This document shows, piece after piece, positions 27,063-40,174 of a stretch of DNA of 64,000 nucleotides. Position 1 is the first letter of the stretch; every line of letters starts with the position of its first letter. The stretch is taken from contig CT868274.1 in the NCBI GenBank assembly GCA_000165425.1, positions 372,001 through 436,000 of the forward strand, in the 5' to 3' direction. The notes beneath the pieces are model-generated. The model was given only the letters and a program-made list of their open reading frames with translations. It searched no databases and was not told where the DNA came from. The position numbers and the translations under genes were made by a program. This stretch comes from Paramecium tetraurelia (lineage: Eukaryota).

Positions 27063-28402
27063 TCATTTAAGATAGGGTCTCAACTTTCTTAACAAGCTGG
27101 TTTTAGTTTTACTCGCATTTATATCATTAGGTAATGTCCTAATTCTTATGTTCTGATTTATTTAAGGGTCTGATTTCTATTAAATCAGCATATTAATTTG
27201 CTTATTGATGAATTGGTTTTGCTTCTAATTTAACTAAATCTGTTTATCTCCATTATCTTGGGATTTAGATTGCATCAATTATTAAGACAATCTTCCAACG
27301 TCGATACTTCTTTTTTAAGCTAAAAAATATTAATTGAATTCATTTAGACTTGGTTATTTAATCAAAGGCAATTTTTACTCTTCTCGAACAGAGCTCTTTA
27401 GTTTCTTATTTTTATCCATGACATATTAAGCTATAACACTATGAGATGTTTTTCTATTGAGGATATTGAGGTTTTGATCACAGTGTCCCCTTGGTGTCAG
27501 ATATTGATTTATAGTATTTTCAGCAACCTAGATTTTACTAAATTAAGTTTTCTTAAACTAGATTTTAGTCACAATCTAAGGAGAGGACTCACATGATGAA
27601 TCTGCCTAATCCTAAATGGGTTTAAATAGAAGATTACAAACTTCTTAGCCATCACTTCTTGGTATCTTCTCAGTTTATCTCTTGAGACGAATATATTGTT
27701 TTGAGGTTCTTGAATACATGTCTTTCTTTTCAATATTAATCGAGAACATCTTTGTGAATAGATTAACATCCTAATTTTTTTCTCTAATTCAGTATCCAAT
27801 TTTAATATTGGACCTTGATATTATTAATCACTAACTGTTTTGGCTCTCCGATACGTTATTTTGATTTATTATGGCAATAGAGAACTTCTGCTTCTCTATA
27901 CTTTCTACTGCTTCTTAACATTTGATCTTTTCATAAATTCTAATTGAATTATTGATATACTATACTGCATTTTTATTCGATTCAATTTTTTCTTTTTATA
28001 TACTGCCATGTCTCTGCAATGTTGGCTGACATAAACGTAAGGAGCAAAACTGTCTAATCTTCTTTGCTTTAAGCTAATGTAATCATATTAACTAGCTCTT
28101 CTGATATTTGCTTTTTATTAAGGGGTTTCCGAGGCTACATTGCTTACCAACGATATTGCGTCCATTATGTCAGGTTTTTCTGATCTTTGCGATTTTCGTG
28201 CTGAATTTCTATAATTTGAAGAGTTTGGTATCAAAAGCATATTTTTTAATTTTGGTTACATTTTGGACAATTGGTTCGCTGATAATAGGGTTATGAATGG
28301 TAGATCAAAAGAATGAGATCGCTTCCTATTCTAATTTAGTGATTCTAAACTCTCTGGCATCGTTTCCCCTTCTTTTATATTTGTAATTAATCTATTTTTC
28401 AT
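27063..28402 (-). CDS. Hypothetical protein
   Basis: Code-6 frame from MKNRLITNIKE to PYLK-TGA (27063-27065) with probable tiny introns. No recognisable domain. Confidence 0.65.
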
Positions 28403-28454
28403 TGTTGTATTGAGAATTAACATTTAATAATTTTATATACATTTCACAATTATA

Positions 28455-29087
28455 ATGATAGGATTATTTGTAGTTGAAGCCATTGTAGGAATGCGTAAAA
28501 ACCTTTCGAAAATAGAGTATCAAGTCAAATGGCTTGGCTATTCCAAAGATGAAAATACATGGTAATTTGTATTTTACTAAAAAACAACCCTGTAGGGAAT
28601 TACAAGAAAATTTAGTCTAAAATTGCAGTGATCTCATCAACCAATATCATTAAAACCAATTTTTTCAAAAATTCAAAGGTCTCATCACCGATTACAAAGA
28701 GATCAAGGGAAATCTGAGAACTGACAGGCCTTTCCAAATTATTAGAGAATTTGAAACTCAATTTTTAGTTAAATTTATTAATTAATTTAGATTGCCTATT
28801 ATCCAAGGAAAAATAGGTTTGTCGGTTCATCTCTAATTAATAAATCAGAAGCTCCAATAGACCTATTACAAGAATTTTATTGTAAATAGGAGGAAGATGC
28901 AAAATAACAAGAATACAACAATTAATAAATCGGTTGCGTTTTAGAGTTTTCTGAAAAATAATCATACGTTGTTTTGTTAGAATCTAAGGAAAGAGTGTTT
29001 GTTGACAACGAAATAATTATCGATCGATAACCAGAGCTTTTACTCGACTATTTTGAAAATATGAATTGGATCACAACAGTAGAATGA
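28455..29087 (+). CDS. Chromodomain protein, HP1-like (chromo plus C-terminal chromoshadow-like segment)
   Basis: FVVEAIVGMRK..IEYQVKWLGYSKDENTW|ELQENL..CSDLINQY across a 34-nt intron (28562-28595). C-terminus FVDNEIIIDRQPELLLDYFENMNW. TGA 29085-29087. Confidence 0.88.
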
Positions 29088-29301
29088 TTATTTATAATAA
29101 ATATTTTGATTTAATAGTATCAAAAATTCAATTGCATCAAACATTCAATTTGTTTATTATTCCATTAAAAGTCCTGATCTCCTTATATATATATATCAAT
29201 ACCTTATTATCGATCAAATATTGCTTCATTGATAATTTGTAAATCTAAATTGTGCTCCCTTTTAAGGAACTTCTCGATAAAAAAATAACATAAATTAAAT
29301 A

Positions 29302-29978
29302 ATGTAACAATAGACAAGCCCATTTTTTTAGTGTCAAGAATATGTTGCTGAGTTGAGTAAACCTATAAGCTTGATCGAGTTTGCAAAAGAGAATATGCAA
29401 AATTAGTTATCTAAAGAATAGTTATCAAATTCTCATAATCTACTTTCAGATCACAAACATAAAAAAAGCCTATAAGATGATAAGAGTATAGATTTGTTGT
29501 AATAATATAGATAGTTAATCCATACAATTCAAATTGGGCTAACGTTTAGCTTAATAAACATTACAAAGTACAAGTTAGATGTAATGGCAGTAAGTGGGTT
29601 ATAAAGAGAGTGGCTGAAGATGAACCTTCATAATCTATGGTAGGTAGTTTGCCAAATCTCCATAAACCTATTGAAAGCCAAAGAAAACTATTCTCAAATA
29701 CTGTTTCAAAATAAATTAAAACAAGACTTAATAAATTTATTGTAGATTAACATCGATAATATGCGTTAACACCAAATGAACTTCAGCCTTATTAAAATTC
29801 ATCACTTCCTCATTTAAATACAAACCCCAATAATCATAATAGCGATAACAACAAATATAAAAATAATAATAAAAATAAAAATTATATAATTAAAATTCGC
29901 TTAAATTCAGAATCTCCAAAATAAATGCCTATTTTTGATATTAATTTTATCAAAAACCTTCAGCAATTCATAGTATGA
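29302..29978 (+). CDS. Hypothetical N/Q-rich protein
   Basis: Frame MQQQTSPFFQCQEYVAELSKP..., one probable intron at ~29544-29568, ends QQFIV-TGA. Confidence 0.55.
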
Positions 29979-30040
29979 TATATATAACATGTTTAATACA
30001 TCTTATTATATTGTGTAATTGTCATAGTAAATTAAAACAT

Positions 30041-30310
30041 TCAATAGCCGAGCTTTCCAAATATCATCATTGGTGAAATTGAATCCTCATCTACATAAGT
30101 TCTAATGTTCGAGTTTTCTTCATTCAAAAAAGTCTCTTGCTTTTGTACTAAAATTTACATTTTTCTTAAGATTTTAGAATGATTCCTGGGTAATTTGAGT
30201 GATTCTACCATTTTGTGCAAATCTAATAAACTCATATCTGGCCTTTAGACGAATTCGATGATTTATTTTGGACAATAAGCTAGATTATGAAAGGGCAAAT
30301 ATGATGACAT
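30041..30310 (-). CDS. Small hypothetical protein (89 aa)
   Basis: Uninterrupted MSSYLPFHNLAY...MMIFGKLGY-TGA, flanked by AT-rich spacers. Confidence 0.6.
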
Positions 30311-31092
30311 TTTTTATTCGTTAATAAACAAAGTATAATAATAAAGAAAATTAATTCAAAATCGATATCTATGATTCGCTTAACCAAATACTGCATGTCA
30401 TATTATGTAAATATCATAGGCTAAATTTTATTTGAAGATATTTAGTAATAAATCTATGGGTTTTGATCACTTAAACCCATTCTTATTATTAAAAAAGATT
30501 TATTTACTACCTATACCTAAAAGATAATTGATAATAAAATAAGAAGATCTTTGAGAGATAATAGAAAACTTCTTATCGCCTTGATAGCAATAATTAATTT
30601 TGTTACTCGGATTTTTTGTACAATGATATAAATGATATATTCTATGGATCTTACTGCATATCTGAAAAAGGATAAAAACAATAAAATATTTAGAATCGGT
30701 AGCAAATAACAAATTAATTCTAATTATGCTAACTCTTCTATTATTTAGATATAATAAAATAAGATTCAGAAATTGAATATTTTTTATTCATTCAAAGTAT
30801 CATTCTATAAAATGATAAGATAACTATGCTAGTTACTATTAATTTGTTGAATTATTAATAGAACTAGAATTAGTTTGGATGTTATACCTAATCTATAGAG
30901 ACCTTATAGATTTATAATTTCTTAAATCTCTTAAGTTTAAGATTTATTTACAATAGACTGCTCTGTTGAGTATCTGATTGAGATAAAGAATTACTAAATG
31001 GGAGAAAGACTTGGAAAATACATAAATAATAAAGATTATATCAATATAATGAAAATATAATTTTTTAGTTTAAAATTACTACAATATTTACA

Positions 31093-32602
<1,510 letters not shown>

Positions 32603-33160
32603 CTTATTTATAAATTTTAATATGTTAAACAATTTTACACTTTTTAACTCACCCTGTTATTTTTCCCCTTTTGAAAATTTACCTAAAATACAAAGCCAAT
32701 TCAAGACCCAAACCAGTAATCATTACCTAAAGTATTAAAGTGCCTATTTTCTTAAAGATAGTATCGATAGTCATAACACCTTATCTAAGATAAAATCCAA
32801 GATGTTAAATATTGAATTAGAGACTCTAAAGCTTATAAATGAGGATATTAAAGTATATAAATTTATAATACTTTACATCAAATAAGCATAGATTAATTTT
32901 TTATTTATATATATTTACTTTAATCATAAGTTGTTATATCAACTTCAAATGATATTCAAATAATCATATTTTCAACTTACATAGTGTTTGTTCTCTACTC
33001 TTTATTGTTATTATAGAATTAAAAAAGGGTATTAATGTTATAGAATGTATATATGAAAATAATTATTTCACCTTTATTTTTTAATTTATTTGTTTGTGTT
33101 CAGGATATATTTCTTTATTCAAATGGTTTATATTACAATTTAATAATTAATAGAATTACG

Positions 33161-33690
33161 ATGAATACCGAAGATTCGCAAACTCAAAATGAGGAATAAA
33201 ACTCTATATCTCCAGTTAATTTGTTTAAAATCATAATATCTATTAAGGAGATTTTCAATGTGGCAAAAAAATGGGGGAAAGGCTATTGAAATGGAATAAA
33301 AGAGTTTCCTACTAAGGAAATTTGGTAAATGGAAAATAAGTTGGGAAAGGTTTTTATATTGAGATTATGGAGATTATATTAAAGAGATTATGGGATAATT
33401 AAAGAAAAAGAAATAGTTAATTGAATATCAGGGAAAATTAATATTAAGGAGTTTAAATTTAAGGTAAGAAAGAGCCAAACGAAATTGATGGGAATATTTA
33501 AATAATTAAAGACATGGAAAAGGGATAAAGGATGGTCAAATTGAAAATAATGCATGGAGATTGGATCCAGGATAAGAGAACTAGAAATGGTTAAAAAAAT
33601 ACTCATAGATTTATAGATGAATATCACAATAGTATCATTAATTTAAATCGGGTAAATTGGTAAATATGAATGTCACAAATAGTTGTGACT
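33161..33690 (+). pseudogene. Degenerate MORN-repeat gene
   Basis: MORN-like fragments YQGDFQCGKK, YQGNLVNGKQVGKGFY and HGDWIQDKRTRNG, broken by frameshifts and TGAs. Confidence 0.65.
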
Positions 33691-33963
33691 TATTTAATAA
33701 TTATTCAAATTCATATTAGAAAATCGAATTTTTAATTATTTAAATTATAAAATCAAGAAATTAGTTTTTCTTAAGGGTTTTTATTTAAATACATTCACAG
33801 TTAATGTTATTATTTTTGTTAACTCTTTTCATCACTTAAAACAAATAGTTCTTATGTTCAATAACAACCACTTTTATCATTATTATTTATCATCAATATT
33901 TTAAATATATTTAATAATTTAAAACTCTTGATGCAGTTTTACTTTTTTATACTTAGTATAATT

Positions 33964-34795
33964 ATGAGATTACTTTTGGATTCTACTGATATAATGTATT
34001 CTTGCTAATTACATCCTATTTGATAAAATGAATTGGATTTTGTTCATGCATTATCAAATAGTTCTATTGTTCTACTCAATAAAGATTTTTTAAATTTATG
34101 ACCTTTTGATGAGTTTTAATAAATGATCAGATCATCCACATTTATAATAATTACATTTAATTTAAGATAGAGTAATAAAGTTAAAAGAATTGATATAGAA
34201 GAAATAGAAACATTGGAGCTTAGATATTAAAATGCAGAATATTAATATTAGGATAGATTTAGTTAATATTATTGATGATAATGAACGATTGAGTAAGATG
34301 ATTCAAATGAGGAACAATAGAAATAAGAAAAGACTTCGAGAACATTGTAAATGAATTGTTGGAGAAGTAAGTAACTTAAACAATTATCTAAAAAAAATGC
34401 GAGATAAATTATTGAATAGCAAGATTAAAGCTCTAATGAAACCAATTTTCAACTATTAAAATAGGTAATACTCAAAGATTATCAAATATGATGCTTGCAA
34501 TTAGTAAATATTAATTCTAGAGAGTTGAAAAAAGTATAAGATGTATTATAAAAAATGAAATTATTTATCGGCTCAAAGCTAAATGATTGAAGAACGGCCC
34601 CTTCAATCGGATGAATATTTTAAGAGTTTTGAGTAGTAGATAGGTACATGAGAAGATAAAAAGGTAGTGTAAATGATTTTGGGGAGGAATTTTAAAGTGG
34701 TTTAGGAATTACCTGAAAACGATTTGTTTAATTTCAGAATTGATTATATGAATGATATTTAGACTTTTCATTAATTAATTAATCTAAACAAATGA
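33964..34795 (+). pseudogene. Decayed coiled-coil-type gene
   Basis: E/K/Q-rich coding-like sequence with several in-frame TGAs and frameshifts not explained by GT..AG introns. Confidence 0.45.
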
Positions 34796-35082
34796 ATCAA
34801 ACTTCTATTTTTGAATATCTTGATAACCTAAAATTATAAATGACTGACCCAACCCAAAAGCAATTAGAATATTATCACAATAACAAAGTATTGATAGCTT
34901 CGCAGCGAAAAATAGCTGTACCAAAATTATAGTCACCTCAGATTGGTTATTAAGAACCTAAATTCCTGTCACTTAGGAAGGCTGTATCGCAATAGGAAAT
35001 TTGTGTGTATAAATAACATGCATTTATGAATCCTAATAATCAAAATAGGGGCAATTATGAATAAAGAATTACTTTATAATGA
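34792..35082 (+). CDS. Small hypothetical protein (~96 aa)
   Basis: Open frame MNQTSIFEYLDNL...QRITLQ-TGA. Confidence 0.5.
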
Positions 35083-35123
35083 ATTTTATAATAAATTAAT
35101 ATCTAATTATAAATCATTATTTT

Positions 35124-35915
35124 ATGAAATCTGGATGTACCACAATTAAGAATGATTTAGAGCAGATTAAAGATATCCACTCTAAATGGAGGAATATGGA
35201 CACTAAATAATCACAAATAAGCCAAATTAGACAATTATAATTAACATTTACTGAGTAGAGAAATTTGGACTTTCAACTTCCTGACGTTTTTATAACTACC
35301 AGACAAATAAATTCAAAACCACAAAGTAAATTTTAAGTTGATAACGAGAGATTAAGAAAATGAAGAAAATAACATCATTCAGTTTTAACCAAAATATGTA
35401 GACTAATGTTTAATCCAAGTAATAAAGAAACTAGGAATTGACTACTCTTTAAGCCAAATACTATCAATTTAAGTAATTATAAGCAACTATGTAAGGAATC
35501 TCTCTTGTTCTGTAAGAACTACACCTCAATAGGATACTCTCAATAAAAGTATATCTATTCCTAAAAATGAGAATCTCTATGAAATAGATGGTACTAAGTT
35601 TCCCTATGGGTTATACTCAATGCACAAAAAAAGAAGGGATTGCATTGATGATGTGTTTCACAATTCGAAATCCCAAAGATCTAAGAATACTTTTTCGAAT
35701 TATGTAGATTCAAGAATTAGTTAGTGTATCATAAAATGATTAATAGTTTAGCTGACTAAACACAGAAAGAGAATAAACAAAAAGAATATACAAGTCGGTC
35801 CTTTTTAGATAATGCTTATTTTTCAATTATTTGTGCTAAAAACAATTGCAAACATCGTATCAAAATTAAGATTCGAGATTCTCTTCCAAAAGATTCCAGA
35901 TTTTAGTAAAGTTGA
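35124..35915 (+). CDS. Hypothetical protein
   Basis: MKSGCTTIKNDLEQ..., needs at least two tiny introns, ends DSRFQQS-TGA. Confidence 0.55.
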
Positions 35916-35963
35916 ATGTTTTATTTAAAATGTGTTTCATATCAAAATTATTTTTTTAATATA

Positions 35964-36698
35964 ATGTCAGAAAACTTACAAAATCAAAAGGACTTTATAC
36001 AAGAGAATTAATTGATTAAACAATCATTACTCCAGTATTGGCTCAAGATTTCAAAAACTCTTGATGAAGAATATGAAGAGATTCTTTAATTGGGGTCTGA
36101 CTCTGATCCTATTGATATTATTAATGCATTATTTATAATTGAAGATGCTCGATAAGAATAATTGAAGGTATAATGATTAATATTAATCTAGTCAGATAAA
36201 CAACAATTAGAGACATTGAAGAATTAAATTGAATCATAAAAATAAGAAATTGTTGATTTGTAATAATAAAATGAGAAATTACCATAATCTAATAGCAAAC
36301 CAGAATTCAATTCCGAAGTAAGACAATTAGAGATAAAAATCAATGAGTTATCCTTAGCACTTGTGAAAAGTAAGGAAGAAAAAGTTATTTACATGGAGTA
36401 GGCTCAAAAATAGATATAACTTCTTAAAGAATAAGAATTAGAATTGAAGAGCAAATTATAAATGATGTAATTTGAAAAGTCAAAGAAATCATCCTTTGCT
36501 GAAATAGAAGAAAACGTAAGGAAAGGTTCTAAAGATTATATTGAAGAGGACATTTCCAGATAATCTGTTTCTCCTTAGACATAAAAAATCAAATTAGATC
36601 ATTCCAAACCATGCATAAGTTAAAGCTTGAAAAAATTAACTAAAGTAGATTAGGTTTAAGGAGCATCATAATCATCCTTTAGGTTTGGTAATAAATGA
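35964..36698 (+). CDS. Coiled-coil hypothetical protein
   Basis: MSENLQNQKDFIQE..., intron ~36168-36191, heptad-like E/Q/K/L content, ends FRFGNK-TGA. Confidence 0.75.
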
Positions 36699-36934
36699 AT
36701 TTTCAATATATTTCCTCTAAAAATTAAGTAAATTTGATTTGTAATTATTTAATATCACTTTTCCATCAAGTCTCGTATATTTTTTAAGATGATCATTAAT
36801 CTTCAAGATTTCTAATTACGGAACTAGTTATAATTCTTAATTATAATAAATATTTTTTAGAACTCCTTTTACTTAGTAAATTAATTCAATATCTAAAGAT
36901 ATGGCAATTTTTATATAAATTTTGATTAATAAAA

Positions 36935-38633
36935 TCAAACTTCTTGGATCTTTACATTTTTTGAAATGACTGCATCTCTTTCTTGGCTTTTTTCAACTCT
37001 ACCAATAACCCAACCCCATTCTCCAATTAAATGTTTATAATCTTTAAGAAATGAATCTGGATCCTTTGTAGCTATTAGTAATCCTCCAGATGTTTCAGCA
37101 GCAAGTCCTTCTAAAAATCTAAAATCTCTAGCCTTTTTATCCAATTTGTATAGATTTTGAATGATAGGTAGTTTATCAATAACAAATTACACTTTTCTTC
37201 TTTAGGCTCTAGCCAAATATCTGGCATGTCCCAAAATTCCAAATCCTGTTACATCAGTTGATGCTTTGATATTGTGCTTTTTAAACAAAGAGGCTGCTGC
37301 AGCATTTAATGTGCACATGCTTTTTGTTGCATGATCAAATGCTTAATTAATTTCACTTTCATTTGTAATTCCTTTAATTGCATCCCATTTCGATGGTATA
37401 GTGGTCATCCATTGATATGTATTAACAGCTAATTGAACCCCCAAAGGTTTTGTTAAAACTAAATAATCACCTGCCTCAGCACCATTAGGCATGATAAAGT
37501 CATCCTTGTGATTTGAAGCAATTCCAACACCACCTCTAATAAATCTAAATAAATTAATACATTTAGGGCCAAGAAGAATGAGGCGTATGTTATACCTACG
37601 GANNNNNNNNNNNNNNNNNNNNNNNNNNNNNNNNNNNNNNNNNNNNNNNNNNNNNNNNNNNNNNNNNNNNNNNNNNNNNNNNNNNNNNNNNNNNNNNNNN
37701 NNNNNNNNNNNNNNNNNNNNNNNNNNNNNNNNNNNNNNNNNNNNNNNNNNNNATTATTTGGATATGGAAGGTTTTATGGATTGTAAAGGGTTTAAGGTTA
37801 ATGTTAAATAGGTTGTTGATTTGTTTTTGTGATTTTTTTAAAAGGGGGATGATGAAGATTTTTTTGTGAAATTGATTTTTGTTGATTGATAAAATGATAA
37901 ATAAATTTAAATATAATTTGTAATAAATTTAATTGAATAAAATTTAGATGGTATAGTGGTAATAAATTGATATGTATTAAAAGATAATTGAAAAAAAAAA
38001 GGTTTTGTTAAAAATAAATAATAAAATGAATAAGAAAAATTAGGAATGATAAAGTAATCCTTGTGATTTGAAGCAATTCCAACACCACCTCTAATAAATC
38101 TAAATAAATTAATACATTTATGGCCAAGGACTCTAGACACTCTGTCCTCCAGTAACAGAAGTTTTTGCTTCCTTTGCACAGTCATTAAAACCTTCCAACA
38201 TAAGTGATGTTGATATTTATTTTTCTTCATCTGTCATCTTGGTACAAACACCCAATACCATTAGCATTGTATCAACTTGAGTGACACCCATAGCATAGAG
38301 GTCACTCAACACATTGCAACATGCTATTCTACCTTATGCATAAGGATTGGCTACTAATGGGTAGAAGTAATCTATAGTTGAAATTGTATGAAAATCCTAA
38401 GTTCGCTTTACAGGATAAACAGAAACATCTGGTGTTTCCTTTCCAATATCACCTTCACCAATCTAACCCAAGTATTTCAACAATTATGTTTATGGAACCT
38501 TACATCCACATCCTTTTAATTCTGTGAAGTTAGTCATGGCAAAACCTTTAGGTAATCCATAATTTTCAGGTTACCAATTAAATAACTTGGGGTATTTTGT
38601 TCCCAGATTTGATGGCTTGATAAACCTTTTCAT
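36935..38633 (-). CDS. selD: Selenophosphate synthetase (SelD/SPS), Cys at the Sec-equivalent position; model interrupted by an assembly gap and duplicated read tail
   Basis: [76 protein letters not shown]. Removing ~555 bp of artefact (~37566-38120) restores one gene with a 25-nt intron. Confidence 0.95.
37603..37752. other. Assembly gap (150 N placeholder)
   Basis: Exactly 150 N. The sequences on each side overlap (555-bp offset), so the true gap is negative. Confidence 0.95.
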
Positions 38634-39229
38634 TTAATATAATTTAAAATTCCTATTGCATCATGATTCGGTATTAATTACCCATTATTTTTATGTCATC
38701 ATTTATTATATGTAATTACAAACGAAACAACAATTACTTAAAATAACCTTCAAGTTATAGCAAATATATTTAAATATCAATTTTATAATTAGTCCTAATC
38801 TCTAAAAAAACAATTATCCTGTTTGAAATATTGTATATTTGAATATAAACAGTTTAATATACATGCATATTTATCTTTAAATCAAAAATTATTATGATAT
38901 TCTTAAAATTAGGAGCCATTAATTTTATGTTTGATTTAAATGTATTATATTCTTAGTTTACTTAATGGTTTTATTTTGCAAATTGTAACAGACAAAAAAA
39001 GTTGTTTAGGTTATATTAGAACTTTTTTGTGAAACTATTTAATGAGTCTAATGATGTATATAATTATTTTTATATGAATTTATTTTTATATTAACTTATT
39101 TTTCATAAGTTTCTTCTTTTCTATTAAAATCATGTATTAATTAGAATTAATTTTTATACTCAGTAAGTTTAAAAGTTACTTTAGGTCTGCATTTTTATTA
39201 TATAATATAATTAGTAAATTATTTCAAAA

Positions 39230-39759
39230 ATGAGTTCACCCTAATCCATAGGTAGTCCAACTCTTCAAGCCCATTTTAAGCCCTCTCTATTTGCTCCGAA
39301 AACAGGCTCCCCTTACTCTTCAAATCTAATCAAAAGTATGGAAGTTCTTAAAAATCCTATTAGCAAAATAACCCAGTAGTAACCGTATTAACACTCCTAT
39401 CATCAAAACAGAGAGAGCAAGGACTTTAAATTTTAGTGATTCAGAATCAAAGCCAGAATCTAAACGATGGGATGCTGTATGTAAGGTAGAAAAATCGATC
39501 AACATACTCAGAAAAACAAAGGGAAAAGTTGATTTCTCATTTCAAATTAAGGTAGAAGAAATAATAAATGAAATGATGGTGATCTGTGGAATTGATGAAA
39601 AAGTCTCAAAATTGTTTCTTTAGATCAAAGAGGAACGTGAATAAAGAAAATAATCCCAATTAAAGACCTTAAAGTTCATTAAAGGCCAATTGGACTAAAT
39701 AGAATAATTAGTAAGAATATAACTAATCTTAGAAAAGAAGATGTCAGGAATACTACTGA
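39230..39759 (+). CDS. Hypothetical protein with S/P-rich N-terminus and short coiled coil
   Basis: MSSPQSIGSPT..., introns ~39336-39363 and ~39711-39732, ends CQEYY-TGA. Confidence 0.7.
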
Positions 39760-40174
39760 TAACCATAAAATATATTTTCTTAAGTTATAATTACAAGTAA
39801 CTATTTTAATATAATTAATTCTTCTTTCTCAAAATTAACATTTTAAATGTCACCCATCTAGATATGTACATCTAAAATCCAAAGTCACAAATAAAATATC
39901 TTCATTCATTTTAATTATAAACTTATATCATTATCTGATGCAATTATTCTTTGAATACTAGATTCTCTAATCCTAGAAAGTTAAGTTAAATATTAAATTC
40001 TTTTGATAATAATCTAAATTTGAAGTGTGTCAAATCAAACAGTTTTTGAGTAGAATTCACCATGAACCATGTTGATCAAATTTGGAAATTGTTGTTATCA
40101 AATATATATATGTAACAAATATCCAAATTAATAAAAACTATTAAAAATTCAGAATTTTATTCCATAATATTTTT

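Noticed and set aside
37578..37811. ORFs spanning N runs (also 60963-61250)
   Set aside because: Created by translating through Ns.
37753..38060. C-to-A converted copy as RNA editing, RIP-like mutation or a real duplicate
   Set aside because: It abuts a placeholder gap, worsens towards the contig end and affects a single base channel, which is typical of a bad read tail.
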